From IMG/VR virus record IMGVR_UViG_3300003815_000003: a stretch of DNA of 64,000 bases, one strand, 5' to 3'. Below are positions 1 through 9,757 of this stretch, one piece after another. Under the pieces are notes generated by a model, which was given only the letters and a program-made list of their open reading frames with translations, searched no databases and was not told the origin of the DNA. Origin of the DNA: an uncultured virus (IMG/VR IMGVR_UViG_3300003815_000003) (Duplodnaviria > Heunggongvirae > Uroviricota > Caudoviricetes). Numbering within the stretch: the first letter of the stretch is position 1; the number at the start of each line of letters is the position of its first letter. The translations under genes were made by a program, and so were the position numbers.

Positions 1-2
1 AT

Positions 3-224
3 CTAAGTCAATTCCTTAATTCTGAATTATCCGTTAATGCAGATATTATGTATAAAATTTCCGAAGGAGATATTAATGGAGCAGTAAATGCATATATCAG
101 AAAACTTAAAACTTCTGAATTCATTAAACATGTTACTCCGCAAAATAAAATTTGGATCATTAAAACCATTTATACTTTTGTAACAGGTTTAGTTGAACAA
201 AGCAAAGCCAAATTACCTTCTTAA
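3..224 (+). CDS. 3' end of a gene entering from the left edge, hypothetical
   Basis: Open frame from base 3 (LSQFLNSELSVNADIMY...KAKLPS) to TAA at 222-224. Confidence 0.6.
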   Translation, partial: LSQFLNSELSVNADIMYKISEGDINGAVNAYIRKLKTSEFIKHVTPQNKIWIIKTIYTFVTGLVEQSKAKLPS

Positions 225-279
225 TTGTCATAATAAAGATTGAAAAATATCTAATTGTTGTTAATAAGTAGGAATTAAT

Positions 280-1332
280 ATGGCATTCCTCTCTGATATT
301 CTTTTCATTCTAAAACGACGTGATGGTTATAATCCTCAAACAGATTACACCCATTCCTTAAGTACTGGACTTAGTAATTCTTGTTCTTTCATTGATACAA
401 TGTTGAAGAACAATGATGTTCTTTCTAATATTGAAATCGTCAATGATAATAATGATATTGACCGAGTTGTTACTCTTCATAAGCCAAGACGGGTTATTAT
501 AGAAGCCTTATGGGTTACGCCTGAAAAGTTTAAAGTTCTAAATAAACTACATCCAGATGTAATATGGGTTGTACGGCTTCATAGTGAAATTCCTTTCCTT
601 GCCAATGAAGGTATTGCTATTCAATGGATCAATCAATATCTAACATATCCAAATGTCTATGTTGCTGCTAATTCAGATGTCATCTTTGAAGAACTTCAAC
701 ATTATGTTAAATCATATAGAAAGGGATATAATAAAAAATTAGTTTATCTTCCTAATCATTATGAATTAAAAGATATAACAAAATATATTAAAATAATTGA
801 TAAAGATTGGATTGATGTTTCATGTTTTGGAGCAATCAGACCTTTGAAGAATCATATGATTCAAGCATTAGCGGCTTTGAAGTTTGCTAATAAGATTGGT
901 AAGAAATTGAGATTTCATATTAATTCGGAAAGAACGGAACAAAAAGGTGATTCGATTTTAAAGAATTTGATTAGTTTCTTCGATGGATTAAAAGGGCAAG
1001 GGCATGAATTAGTGATGCATGAATGGAAGACTTATGAAGAATTTTTAATTTTGTGTAGAAGTATGGATATAGGAATGCAATGTAGTTTTTCTGAGACATT
1101 TAATATTGTTGCAGCGGACCATATTAATATGGGTGTGCCCGTGGTTGTTACTGATGAAATTCCTTGGGCATGTTCCTTGTTTACTGCCAATGCAACTAAT
1201 AGTGATGATATTTGTAAGAAATTAAGAAGAGCATATAAATGGGCAGATTACAATGTTTACTTTAATAAGAAAAATATTAAAAAGTATAATGAAGAAGCAG
1301 AAGAATATTGGATGAAGTTTCTCTTGCATTAA
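280..1332 (+). CDS. GT-B fold (GT4-like) glycosyltransferase
   Basis: C-terminal FGAIRPLKNH and SFSETFNIVAAD...GVPVV resemble the GT4 R/K and ExF-x(7) motifs; TAAGTA box 9 nt upstream. Confidence 0.7.
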   Translation: MAFLSDILFILKRRDGYNPQTDYTHSLSTGLSNSCSFIDTMLKNNDVLSNIEIVNDNNDIDRVVTLHKPRRVIIEALWVTPEKFKVLNKLHPDVIWVVRLHSEIPFLANEGIAIQWINQYLTYPNVYVAANSDVIFEELQHYVKSYRKGYNKKLVYLPNHYELKDITKYIKIIDKDWIDVSCFGAIRPLKNHMIQALAALKFANKIGKKLRFHINSERTEQKGDSILKNLISFFDGLKGQGHELVMHEWKTYEEFLILCRSMDIGMQCSFSETFNIVAADHINMGVPVVVTDEIPWACSLFTANATNSDDICKKLRRAYKWADYNVYFNKKNIKKYNEEAEEYWMKFLLH

Positions 1333-1356
1333 GAGCGAATGAGGTTATGTTTGTGT

Positions 1357-1593
1357 ATGACTGCGGAAAATTTTGAACAAACGCGACAATTCTTACAAGA
1401 GAACACCCAAACATACGATCAAGTAATTGAGGATATGAAGCAGCATAAAGAGCAATATAGTCCTACGGAAGGAAATATTGTTAGTTTTCTTCCTATTCTA
1501 CATAATAAAAACGTATTGTTAATGCAATTCTATGGATATTCTATTAACTTGAATGCAGATGGAACGTGGATTTTTGAGGATACTGCTGGATAA
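1357..1593 (+). CDS. hypothetical protein (likely start ATG 1357, leaderless)
   Basis: ORF track 1339..1593; TTGCAT(1324)-N16-TATGTT(1346) ends 5 nt before ATG 1357. Confidence 0.6.
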   Translation: MTAENFEQTRQFLQENTQTYDQVIEDMKQHKEQYSPTEGNIVSFLPILHNKNVLLMQFYGYSINLNADGTWIFEDTAG

Positions 1594-1596
1594 TAT

Positions 1597-1824
1597 ATGA
1601 AAAATCTTAAGAAAGTCGTGTGGTTCCATTACAACAAGCCCTATTCTAGAAAATACGGTGTTGATAAATGGACGGTTCATTGGCAAGGAAGTTGTCACAT
1701 TGTCGATCAAATTCATTGTTATATTCCCACCTTTTCTAAAAATAGAAAAACTCAACCAAAAGTAGTAATGCGAGGAATGGCATCAGAAGTCCTCATAGAA
1801 GATGGAATAATTACCATTCGTTAA
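1597..1824 (+). CDS. small hypothetical phage protein
   Basis: ORF tiled between upstream gene and terminator. Confidence 0.65.
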   Translation: MKNLKKVVWFHYNKPYSRKYGVDKWTVHWQGSCHIVDQIHCYIPTFSKNRKTQPKVVMRGMASEVLIEDGIITIR

Positions 1825-1831
1825 CAATAAA

Positions 1832-1863
1832 AAAAAAGCCGGAAATTTCTTTCCGGCTTTTTT
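1832..1863. terminator. bidirectional intrinsic terminator
   Basis: AAAAAAGCCGGAAA-TTTC-TTTCCGGCTTTTTT between convergent genes. Confidence 0.85.
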
Positions 1864-1884
1864 GTTTTTATATATTATAATTTA

Positions 1885-2559
1885 TTAAGGTGTAGTAATG
1901 CCACAATTAGTTCCACCAGTATTATTAAGAATAGTATTCTCATAACCAGCATATACTAGATCAGTAGTAGATAATGCACTAGTATCAATTGAACCACTAT
2001 CAAAATTGAGAACGGGACGCCACATTTGATATTGTAATCCAACAGTAAATTGAGTCTTTTGAATTTCAGTTTGATCATATTCAATAGGACCAACACTTTG
2101 AGGGAATACCCCAATTAAACGATACACACGTATGATTTTACACTGTGGAGACAGAACCGCTATGTCGATACTGGAAGAGTCACAAGGGAAGTTAAACTGC
2201 CCACAAGACGTATCCTCGTTGATGGTGGCAAAAGACCAGCGTTCAAAGGCATTACGCACAAGATAGTCACCAGGAGTAGAGAAGGTGATTTGCCATGGAT
2301 TAGGTTCATAACTGGCTTGACCTGGAATCTTAAATTTAAATCCTTGATAAGGAATATCAATACTATCAATATTGCGACCTGGAATTGAGTAAGTGGTAGC
2401 ATAAAGATAACCACCTGCTCCTACTGGATTATCAATTAATTCTGCCCTGACATAAGCAGGAACCCCAGGACCGACATCAAGAATACGCACTTGATTCTGT
2501 CTAGAGAAATCGTGTTGTTGAAAAATCTGTTTTGCTTTTTGAATAGAACCGAGAGCCAT
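1885..2559 (-). CDS. T4 gp19-like tail tube protein
   Basis: DFSRQNQVR, SIPGRNIDSIDIPYQGFKFKIPG, WQITF, FERW, YRLIGVFPQSVGPIEY, FTVGLQYQMW match gp19-family pattern; TAAATA box upstream. Confidence 0.8.
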   Translation of the reverse strand: MALGSIQKAKQIFQQHDFSRQNQVRILDVGPGVPAYVRAELIDNPVGAGGYLYATTYSIPGRNIDSIDIPYQGFKFKIPGQASYEPNPWQITFSTPGDYLVRNAFERWSFATINEDTSCGQFNFPCDSSSIDIAVLSPQCKIIRVYRLIGVFPQSVGPIEYDQTEIQKTQFTVGLQYQMWRPVLNFDSGSIDTSALSTTDLVYAGYENTILNNTGGTNCGITTP

Positions 2560-2602
2560 GATTATAATTATTTATCATGGTTTTCCTCATTTCAGAAAAA
2601 AC

Positions 2603-2642
2603 AAAAAAACCATAAGAGGAACTAGCCCCTTATGGTTTTTTT
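2603..2642 (-). terminator. intrinsic terminator downstream of hsp20
   Basis: AAAAAAACCATAAG...CTTATGGTTTTTTT inverted repeat. Confidence 0.75.
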
Positions 2643-2663
2643 GACTTATACTATTATCTGTTA

Positions 2664-3116
2664 TTAACCGATATTAATATTTGTTTTTGTTGATTTCTTT
2701 TCTTCTGGTTTTTTAACCGGAAGGGTGATCTTAAGTAAACCATCTTCAAATACTGAAGAGATTTTACTTTGTTCAAAATGGTCGTCGATATACCATTTCT
2801 GTGTAATAGCCTTCTTACGAATAGACTCTTTCACATATTGAACGTCTTTAACTTTGTCATGTTTCTTGACAGAGAGAACAAGAGAACCATCCTCAATTGA
2901 GAGAGAAATGTCTTCTTTCTTGTATCCTGCAAGAGGAACTTCGACAATAAGATTACCTTCTTTGTTGTAATATTGATCAGTTGGATAGGGATCAGTATTT
3001 AATGAATTGAAGATACTTTGAAAATCTGATCCAAATAGATCAGAAACAAATTTATCTAATTCAGTTGTGCTTGTCCAAAATGGAAAAGCCCGATTTGTTA
3101 GGTTTAGTGTATTCAT
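2664..3116 (-). CDS. Hsp20/alpha-crystallin small heat-shock protein
   Basis: VEVPLAGYKKEDISLSIEDGSLVLS and FEDGLLKITLP motifs. Confidence 0.9.
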   Translation of the reverse strand: MNTLNLTNRAFPFWTSTTELDKFVSDLFGSDFQSIFNSLNTDPYPTDQYYNKEGNLIVEVPLAGYKKEDISLSIEDGSLVLSVKKHDKVKDVQYVKESIRKKAITQKWYIDDHFEQSKISSVFEDGLLKITLPVKKPEEKKSTKTNINIG

Positions 3117-3186
3117 TTTTTGTTTGTTTTTGTTTATCAGATAATTTTCCCTTTCGGCAAAAATTATCCATAAAATCTTTTTTTAT

Positions 3187-3555
3187 TTATTCGCTTTGCC
3201 AAATTTTATTTTTAAACATTTGGCGATTTTCTAGGCATTTAAAATATTGATTATTAAAGTTATCTTTTAACTTTTGCTCCCATGTTTCGATTTCCTTATA
3301 AGTTTTAAACTTTTTACAGAATTCAACTAATTCATTAAAATTATCAGATAAATGTGGTTGATTTATGCTCCATAATTCAGGAAATTGATTACCTGCCATA
3401 AAAGGATCAATAAAATTATGCCAAGACCATCCTTTATAATATTGAGCAATATAATAAAATTGTCCATATGCAATAACTCTAGTCTTCACCTTCGTCTCCT
3501 TCTCAGGAGGAACATAACCAACTACTTTCAATAATGGTTTTAATAAATTATACAT
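3187..3555 (-). CDS. hypothetical protein
   Basis: ORF in tightly packed minus-strand operon. Confidence 0.65.
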   Translation of the reverse strand: MYNLLKPLLKVVGYVPPEKETKVKTRVIAYGQFYYIAQYYKGWSWHNFIDPFMAGNQFPELWSINQPHLSDNFNELVEFCKKFKTYKEIETWEQKLKDNFNNQYFKCLENRQMFKNKIWQSE

Positions 3556-3557
3556 AA

Positions 3558-3746
3558 TTAAATTTTAAAAATAAAAGAGTTACTGAACAATTTACTGAAA
3601 TCTTTCGAATAGTGATAGTATTGAATATCAAAATATCCTTTACCTTTATTGACTACTCTACAATTCATTCTATTGTGAATATTTCCATCAGTGATATATC
3701 TTACGTCTGTAAAAAATTCTTTAAGCTGCTTTAATAAATTATACAT
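3558..3746 (-). CDS. hypothetical protein, probable truncated paralog of 3187..3555
   Basis: Both start MYNLLK; share RV..xG...QYY. Confidence 0.5.
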   Translation of the reverse strand: MYNLLKQLKEFFTDVRYITDGNIHNRMNCRVVNKGKGYFDIQYYHYSKDFSKLFSNSFIFKI

Positions 3747-3747
3747 A

Positions 3748-4065
3748 TTAGGTTAAATGATAATCAATTTCCGTAATATTTCTCGCTTCTTCTTGTTCAC
3801 ATGATAATGAATATTTCATAGGAATACCATTATTAACCTTTAAACAGGATCGCATATCTCCCGAAACAGTTTGAACATAATTATATAATGCCTTATAAGG
3901 AATATCATTTTCCGTAACTTCTTCCTTGAACAAGTCTTCTCCTACGTTGACAAATTTAATTGCATTACAAAAAGCAAACCAAAGAGACAATTCAGTGTCA
4001 TTCATTTCTTTTGCAGGTTTAGCATGAGAACTATTCAAATTTAAGTCGAGAATTAACGGATTCAT
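3748..4065 (-). CDS. hypothetical protein
   Basis: ORF in operon. Confidence 0.65.
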   Translation of the reverse strand: MNPLILDLNLNSSHAKPAKEMNDTELSLWFAFCNAIKFVNVGEDLFKEEVTENDIPYKALYNYVQTVSGDMRSCLKVNNGIPMKYSLSCEQEEARNITEIDYHLT

Positions 4066-4585
4066 AGGGTTGTAAGGTTAGAGTTCCAATAAAGGGTAGA
4101 TTACGTAGTTTTAGAGTTTTAACAAGGAATCCTCTAGCGGCTGGTTCCGTGCCATATTCAACAGTCCTTGGATCAATAAAAGCTTCTCCTAAGAAAGAAT
4201 TGACCATGTTTTGAAGAGTAACTATTTCGGAATTACCTCGATTAGAAGCATTAAAAACTTCAAATGCTGCCTTAATTTTACGAGTTAATGTTTGAAAAAG
4301 TTCTCCATGTTTTGCCCAAAATTTAAATTGGTTTTCTTTCATAGAGACTTCACAATCTTTACACATGAATTCTCTGGCAAGTTTTTCTTCATCTCCCCAA
4401 TAATCAAACCGGGCTTGATATTGATCAGGATTAAGAATCTTTTCTGTTGCACAGAATGCACAAGGAATAGTTCTATTCGTTCTAGTTAAACGCGGGCGTT
4501 CTTCTAAAATCTGTTTTGGTTCTTTTTTCTCTTTTCTTTTTCGTTGTTTCATTTCAGGAACAACGAATTCGCTAGTGTTTTCCAT
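4031..4585 (-). CDS. hypothetical protein with two CxxC motifs (possible Zn-binding)
   Basis: CAFC...CKDC. Confidence 0.65.
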   Translation of the reverse strand: MENTSEFVVPEMKQRKRKEKKEPKQILEERPRLTRTNRTIPCAFCATEKILNPDQYQARFDYWGDEEKLAREFMCKDCEVSMKENQFKFWAKHGELFQTLTRKIKAAFEVFNASNRGNSEIVTLQNMVNSFLGEAFIDPRTVEYGTEPAARGFLVKTLKLRNLPFIGTLTLQPYESVNSRLKFE

Positions 4586-4590
4586 AAATT

Positions 4591-4836
4591 TTATAATTGT
4601 TCAAAGAATTGAAGATGAGCAAAATTGTTTTCGTCTTTATCGTCAATTGGTGGATATTCTTCTAACCAGACTGCGCACCAAGAACCATACACTTCACATT
4701 TAGAAACTGTATAAATTTCTCCTACTTTAAAATAATTTTTTACTCGTTCAATAATATTAGTAAAGTGAGGATAAACAAAGGCAGGAATGCCTTTAAATTT
4801 AAGTTTATCACCGGGTTTGGGCCAATTAGTTTTCAT
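4591..4836 (-). CDS. hypothetical protein
   Basis: ORF in operon. Confidence 0.6.
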   Translation of the reverse strand: MKTNWPKPGDKLKFKGIPAFVYPHFTNIIERVKNYFKVGEIYTVSKCEVYGSWCAVWLEEYPPIDDKDENNFAHLQFFEQL

Positions 4837-4840
4837 ATTG

Positions 4841-5509
4841 TTAGTGTAAATCGTTCATGGGATAATCGTTAGCATCATTACATCCACAATTCCCACTACA
4901 ACACGGGTTTTCCTTTGAAACTGAAGGAAATTTCAAAATATTATCAGTACGTTCTAGATAATCTTGATCTGTTTCATACCCTTTACTAGTGGGATTTTGG
5001 CACCATGTTGGACCCATTCCACAAGGGCAATTACTATTCGGACAAGAATAACACATGACCCCAGATAATTCTAATCCACATTTACTACATCCGGCTAATG
5101 TATGAGGTCGGGGAATTTCTACAGGAGGGCGGAAAGGAAAAGCTTTCATATGGTCATTCTTTTCTTTTTCGTGTTTCTTAAAAGCCTCTTGAATTTTTCT
5201 TGCTATTTCCGCTTGTGCATTATGCACTTCCGAACCATTATAATCTGCAATCATCTTTATTTCAGGAACAACCGTTTCAATGACAAACAACAAAACAATA
5301 TCAGTATTAATATTCAACCACTGACTACTATGTTCGTCCTTAACTTTGATATAATAACTAAATGCATCAGTTACTTTCCATTGTTCCTTATAAAATGTTG
5401 GGTCGTTTTTACGATAAAATACCACTTCATGTCCTACTAATTTAGCAGTTTCTAAATTGACAAGACTTCCTGTATAATACTCTTCAATTGCTCTCTTTAT
5501 ATTGCTCAT
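4841..5509 (-). CDS. hypothetical protein with Cys-rich C-terminus
   Basis: CSKCG...CYSCPNSNCPCG. Confidence 0.65.
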   Translation of the reverse strand: MSNIKRAIEEYYTGSLVNLETAKLVGHEVVFYRKNDPTFYKEQWKVTDAFSYYIKVKDEHSSQWLNINTDIVLLFVIETVVPEIKMIADYNGSEVHNAQAEIARKIQEAFKKHEKEKNDHMKAFPFRPPVEIPRPHTLAGCSKCGLELSGVMCYSCPNSNCPCGMGPTWCQNPTSKGYETDQDYLERTDNILKFPSVSKENPCCSGNCGCNDANDYPMNDLH

Positions 5510-5514
5510 AATTA

Positions 5515-5934
5515 TTATAAAATACCTTCTAGTATTCCCAGAAGATATACCAAGAACACAGTATTGTCAACGGATTCTTTGTTAAATTGTGACACATCGA
5601 CACTCTTCAATTGCTCAATTGTGCCAACAATATCAATATCTCTTCCTCCTGACACATTAGTCATTGCCTGAATAAAGAAATCTCTCACTAATTCCCAATG
5701 ATGAATAATATCTCTATTATTTTTACAAGTCTTAGCAGTAATATTTGCCAATTTATATTTCTTAATATCTTCTGGCTTAAAGTTTAAAGAAAATTTCCGA
5801 ATAGTTTCTTTTAGTTGTTCTAGACTTGCCGATTCTTCTGCAACAGGAACTTCTGCTTGAATAGCAGAATTAGGTCGAAAATAGTGGATAGAACTATTTT
5901 GAATAGGATTAAAGTCTGGAATCAATCGAGACAT
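5515..5934 (-). CDS. hypothetical protein
   Basis: ORF in operon, TAATG coupling to upstream gene. Confidence 0.65.
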   Translation of the reverse strand: MSRLIPDFNPIQNSSIHYFRPNSAIQAEVPVAEESASLEQLKETIRKFSLNFKPEDIKKYKLANITAKTCKNNRDIIHHWELVRDFFIQAMTNVSGGRDIDIVGTIEQLKSVDVSQFNKESVDNTVFLVYLLGILEGIL

Positions 5935-6329
5935 TATAATGCATTAGTGTTGACCGGAGTTTGAACAGCAGCAGTAAGAAAAGTCACATGTACTGCATTT
6001 CTTTTCCCACAATTGCCACATTGATATTCCGTATCATTTAAATCTAAATTCATTGTTGCCACATTTCCACAATGCTGACATGCTGTATCAATAGCATATT
6101 GCTTAAAAGGCTTGCTATTATATTCATCTAATACTTTCTTAATCGTATATTTCTCGTAAAAGAAATTACTAATTTTAGGAAGTATTAGTTGTAGACCAAT
6201 TAAGGAATAGAAAATGTGCCAAAAGGGATATGCAAGAAAATACTGTAATCCTAATGCTAATGATGCTGCGATTAATGCAACAAGACACAAGGATACTAAT
6301 ACTATTAATATTCTTTTAGAGGTTTTCAT
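5934..6329 (-). CDS. membrane protein with C-terminal Zn ribbon
   Basis: Two hydrophobic segments then CQHC...CGNC. Confidence 0.7.
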   Translation of the reverse strand: MKTSKRILIVLVSLCLVALIAASLALGLQYFLAYPFWHIFYSLIGLQLILPKISNFFYEKYTIKKVLDEYNSKPFKQYAIDTACQHCGNVATMNLDLNDTEYQCGNCGKRNAVHVTFLTAAVQTPVNTNAL

Positions 6330-6332
6330 GAA

Positions 6333-6515
6333 TTACTTGGATGGTTCAGAGAGGATTTGAGTAACTCCTTGTTTACAGAAAGAACCGCAATTGGTGCAGC
6401 GCCATGTACAATTCATTACTTTCTTTCCAGAGGATTCAGTGACTGATTGTTCTCTGCCGTACACCGTACCGCTACAACTTTGACATCTAATGGGGACATT
6501 TCTAATAAGGTTCAT
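6333..6515 (-). CDS. small Zn-ribbon protein
   Basis: CQSC...CTNC. Confidence 0.65.
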   Translation of the reverse strand: MNLIRNVPIRCQSCSGTVYGREQSVTESSGKKVMNCTWRCTNCGSFCKQGVTQILSEPSK

Positions 6516-6521
6516 ATTTTT

Positions 6522-6848
6522 CTATTTATTATCGAATGGCTCGAATATCTTCTTCAATCTGACATAGTCAGCATATTGTTGTTTTCTGCGTTTTTCTTCT
6601 TGCCATTTATATACATCCGTTCGTTTAAGGAATTCCTCATCTGTTTCTTTTCGATGTCCCACAAATATTAATTTGAGAGATTCGTAATCATAGCTTAACT
6701 TAATCTTATTAAGACCTTGTTTTGCTCCTTGTCTCGCCGCTTTTTCAAAAAGATTTCGCAATAAAGAAACTGCTTCTTCTTCATATACATCATCAAATTC
6801 AAAATTGTTTAGTTCACAAATTTCAAGTTGTTTAATTTCTTTTTCCAT
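6522..6848 (-). CDS. hypothetical protein
   Basis: ORF in operon. Confidence 0.65.
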   Translation of the reverse strand: MEKEIKQLEICELNNFEFDDVYEEEAVSLLRNLFEKAARQGAKQGLNKIKLSYDYESLKLIFVGHRKETDEEFLKRTDVYKWQEEKRRKQQYADYVRLKKIFEPFDNK

Positions 6849-6854
6849 ATTTTT

Positions 6855-7775
6855 TTATAGTGAAAGGTTATCTATCCAATTCTCGCAATCTTGATCATTG
6901 GTGATTTTAGAGAATAATTGTTGCCAAGAACCAATTTGTCTTAATACACTTGTTCCGCCATATTCATTCATCAAATCAATAAATTCTTTACGATTGAATT
7001 TACTATCTCTCTGTTCGTTGATCTGTTGTTCCGCATGAAGCATATCATCTGAACAATTCTTCATTCCGTAAGAAATGTCAACGACCTTTAAATTATTTCT
7101 AATTAATTCTTTCTGTTCGTCCGTCAGTTTATCATATTCTTCTAAAGAACTTTTATTAATTTCTTCTGCAAGGGTACATGCTCTCTTATCCCCAAATTTA
7201 GGCAATCCTTCAATGTTATCGGAAACATCTCCTTTAATTGCTTTGAATAGAATATAACTTTCCAAAGAACAACCTGCAAACTCCACAAAATTATTAATAT
7301 CAACTATTCCTCGATTAGGAAGCAATTGATCAGTTTTATGAGAAACTAATTGTAATAAATCTCTATCCGAAGAAACAATTAAATTATTTCCTTCTAATAC
7401 AGAACAAAGATAATAAATGACATCGTCTCCTTCCAGACTATATGGTAATATAGTTTTAATTCCAAGGGTATTACAAATATTAATTATAATAGGGAAATAC
7501 GTGTGAATCTGTCTAGTATCGTCTGATTCAACACGTTGTTCTTTGTAAGAGGAAACTAAGGTTCTACGAAAGTTAACGGCATCTGGATTGGAACGTTTAT
7601 CCCATGTGATATAAACATTGTTTGGGGTATATTCTTCCATGAGATTCTTAAGCATTGTTAAGAATTTATGAATTGGGGCAATATTTAAACCATTATGAAA
7701 TTTAGGATATTTCTTTTGAGCAAAATATGCACGATATAAAAAATTGTTTCCATCTATGATAAGATTGTTATACAT
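6855..7775 (-). CDS. rnh: 5'-3' exonuclease / T4 RNase H-like flap endonuclease
   Basis: IDGNNFLYRAY, EGDDVI, SSDRDLLQL, GDVSDNIEGLPKFGDK motifs. Confidence 0.9.
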   Translation of the reverse strand: MYNNLIIDGNNFLYRAYFAQKKYPKFHNGLNIAPIHKFLTMLKNLMEEYTPNNVYITWDKRSNPDAVNFRRTLVSSYKEQRVESDDTRQIHTYFPIIINICNTLGIKTILPYSLEGDDVIYYLCSVLEGNNLIVSSDRDLLQLVSHKTDQLLPNRGIVDINNFVEFAGCSLESYILFKAIKGDVSDNIEGLPKFGDKRACTLAEEINKSSLEEYDKLTDEQKELIRNNLKVVDISYGMKNCSDDMLHAEQQINEQRDSKFNRKEFIDLMNEYGGTSVLRQIGSWQQLFSKITNDQDCENWIDNLSL

Positions 7776-7791
7776 GGAGACAACTTACTCT

Positions 7792-8076
7792 TTAGTTTGG
7801 GTTTTGCAATTTATTATTTTCCCAAACGGCATGCATTTCTTGAACAATATTATGTGGTAAAATCTCAATAAAAACTATATCTTTTTCTTTAATTCGTTTA
7901 TCCAATTCGGATTTTGGTAAGGAGAAATTGATATTTCCATCAATTAAAAGTTTTACTCCTTCGATATTTTTGTCATTTTCTTCTAAACAAATTAGGCCAA
8001 CTCCTCTTTGGTGAATATCTTCGTTTAAATTGACGGTTATACCGTAAGCAACATTTTTGTATTTCGAGCGAAACAT
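7792..8076 (-). CDS. hypothetical protein
   Basis: ORF upstream of rnh. Confidence 0.6.
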   Translation of the reverse strand: MFRSKYKNVAYGITVNLNEDIHQRGVGLICLEENDKNIEGVKLLIDGNINFSLPKSELDKRIKEKDIVFIEILPHNIVQEMHAVWENNKLQNPN

Positions 8077-8137
8077 ATTGTTTTATTATTTATTTAAAGA
8101 TTGAAAAGAGGTAAAGGAAGTGATAAAGTACTACTCT

Positions 8138-8323
8138 ATGTATAATACTATAGCAGGCAATTATGTCAAGGTAACAGTGGGAAATCAAGTATTTGAAATT
8201 CCGTCCGATAAAGCACAAGAAGTATTTTCCTTACTATCAAGGTTACAAAGTATTTCTATTCATTCAGAAAACAATCCTTCCCCGGTTCTATCGTATCAAG
8301 GAAAATCGTTAATTTGTGGTTAA
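8138..8323 (+). CDS. hypothetical protein (start likely ATG 8138)
   Basis: TTGAAA(8101)-N17-TAAAGT(8124) upstream. Confidence 0.55.
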   Translation: MYNTIAGNYVKVTVGNQVFEIPSDKAQEVFSLLSRLQSISIHSENNPSPVLSYQGKSLICG

Positions 8324-8324
8324 T

Positions 8325-8471
8325 ATGAAACAATTATATAAAGTTGGGGGATGGTCATGCTTACTGGTGGGTTTGTGGAGTATTTGGGGATTTGGAGCAG
8401 CAGCAATCTTTATTGGCTTGACATTGTTTGTCATCGGTGCTACATTAGATGATGCAAAATGCTACAAGTGA
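8325..8471 (+). CDS. small two-helix membrane protein (not in ORF track)
   Basis: MKQLYKVGGWSCLLVGLWSIWGFGAAAIFIGLTLFVIGATLDDAKCYK*, 48 aa, fills the gap. Confidence 0.5.
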   Translation: MKQLYKVGGWSCLLVGLWSIWGFGAAAIFIGLTLFVIGATLDDAKCYK

Positions 8472-9372
8472 ACAGTTACTATCTAATGTTTGGACATTAA
8501 AATATGCACCAACAACTATTGACGATCTTCTTCTATCCGAGGAAAATCGTCAATTTTTTTCATCCCTTACCGGATTAAATAATAATTTATTGTTCATCTC
8601 TAGCCCAGGAGGAGGGAAAACTTCCACAGCCAAAATTCTATCTAAGAAATTTTCTCCCTTCTCTTACATTTATATCAATGCATCAGAAGAAAATGGAATT
8701 GATGTAGTACGAACTAAGATTAGTAATTTCATTTCTATTCAATCATTCGATGGTAATCCTAAAGTGGTTATCCTTGATGAAATTGATGGAGCAACTACAA
8801 ACTTTCAACAAGCATTGAGAGGCGTAATGGAAGAATACCTAGAAGATGTTAAATTTATTCTTACCGGAAACTTTAAACATAAAATTTTAGAAGCCATTCA
8901 AAGCAGATGTCAAACCTTTGATTTTTCTTTGAATATTAAAGACGTTTTTGCTCGAATGATTTATATTCTTAAGCAAGAAAAGATTACTATTCTTGAAGAA
9001 GATAAGAAAGCTCTTGTAACTCTTCTCAAGTCTCATTTTCCTGATATTCGTAAGACTATCAATGAATTACAAAAATGTTGTATTACAGGTAAATTCATTC
9101 CTAATATCAAGAAAGAAGAAACCCTTTCTTCTACTATTGTGGAAAGATTAAAAAATAAAACAAATGTGTGGGAAATTAGGAAATACGTGCTTGCGCATGA
9201 ACAAGATTTCAATAGTGATTATCATTTCTTAATGAAGAAATTGTTTGATCATTATGTCTTAGAAGAGAATGCAGGAAAGGTATTATTGATTGTTGACGCC
9301 ATGTATAAACACAGTATTGTTGCAGATGCAGAGGTAAACTTTGCAGGTCTTTTAATCAATTTAGCAAAATAA
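8449..9372 (+). CDS. sliding-clamp loader AAA+ subunit (T4 gp44 / RFC-small-like)
   Basis: WTLKYAP, Walker A SPGGGKTS, INASEENG, Walker B ILDEIDG, SRC motif, PDIRKTINELQ. Confidence 0.92.
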   Translation: MMQNATSEQLLSNVWTLKYAPTTIDDLLLSEENRQFFSSLTGLNNNLLFISSPGGGKTSTAKILSKKFSPFSYIYINASEENGIDVVRTKISNFISIQSFDGNPKVVILDEIDGATTNFQQALRGVMEEYLEDVKFILTGNFKHKILEAIQSRCQTFDFSLNIKDVFARMIYILKQEKITILEEDKKALVTLLKSHFPDIRKTINELQKCCITGKFIPNIKKEETLSSTIVERLKNKTNVWEIRKYVLAHEQDFNSDYHFLMKKLFDHYVLEENAGKVLLIVDAMYKHSIVADAEVNFAGLLINLAK

Positions 9373-9375
9373 AAT

Positions 9376-9756
9376 ATGAAAGTTATTATCATTAATAATC
9401 CTGAAATTCTCTCTTCTATTAAGAACAATGTTGAACAGCTTCTTCTTGATATTGAAGAAGGAAAAGTTGCTCGATTAAAACATGCTCAAGATGATTGGAA
9501 TAATTTATCTAGATTTGGGCAATGGTGGGATGAAAATTTTACCGCTACGTTTAAATCTAAAAAATATAAACTAATTTTGACTCAAAAATCAAATGATATG
9601 TGGTGTTTGGGTCAAAAGTTGATTTGTTTGGATTTTCTTAAGAAATTGAATTCAGGAAAAACGTCCTTTCAGTTTTCAGAAAGTGATTGTGAAAAATTAT
9701 CAATTATGGATTTGTGGGAAAAGTATCCTGCCAAAACCGTTAAGAGGGATCATTAA
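9376..9756 (+). CDS. hypothetical protein
   Basis: ORF in operon. Confidence 0.6.
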   Translation: MKVIIINNPEILSSIKNNVEQLLLDIEEGKVARLKHAQDDWNNLSRFGQWWDENFTATFKSKKYKLILTQKSNDMWCLGQKLICLDFLKKLNSGKTSFQFSESDCEKLSIMDLWEKYPAKTVKRDH

Positions 9757-9757
9757 T

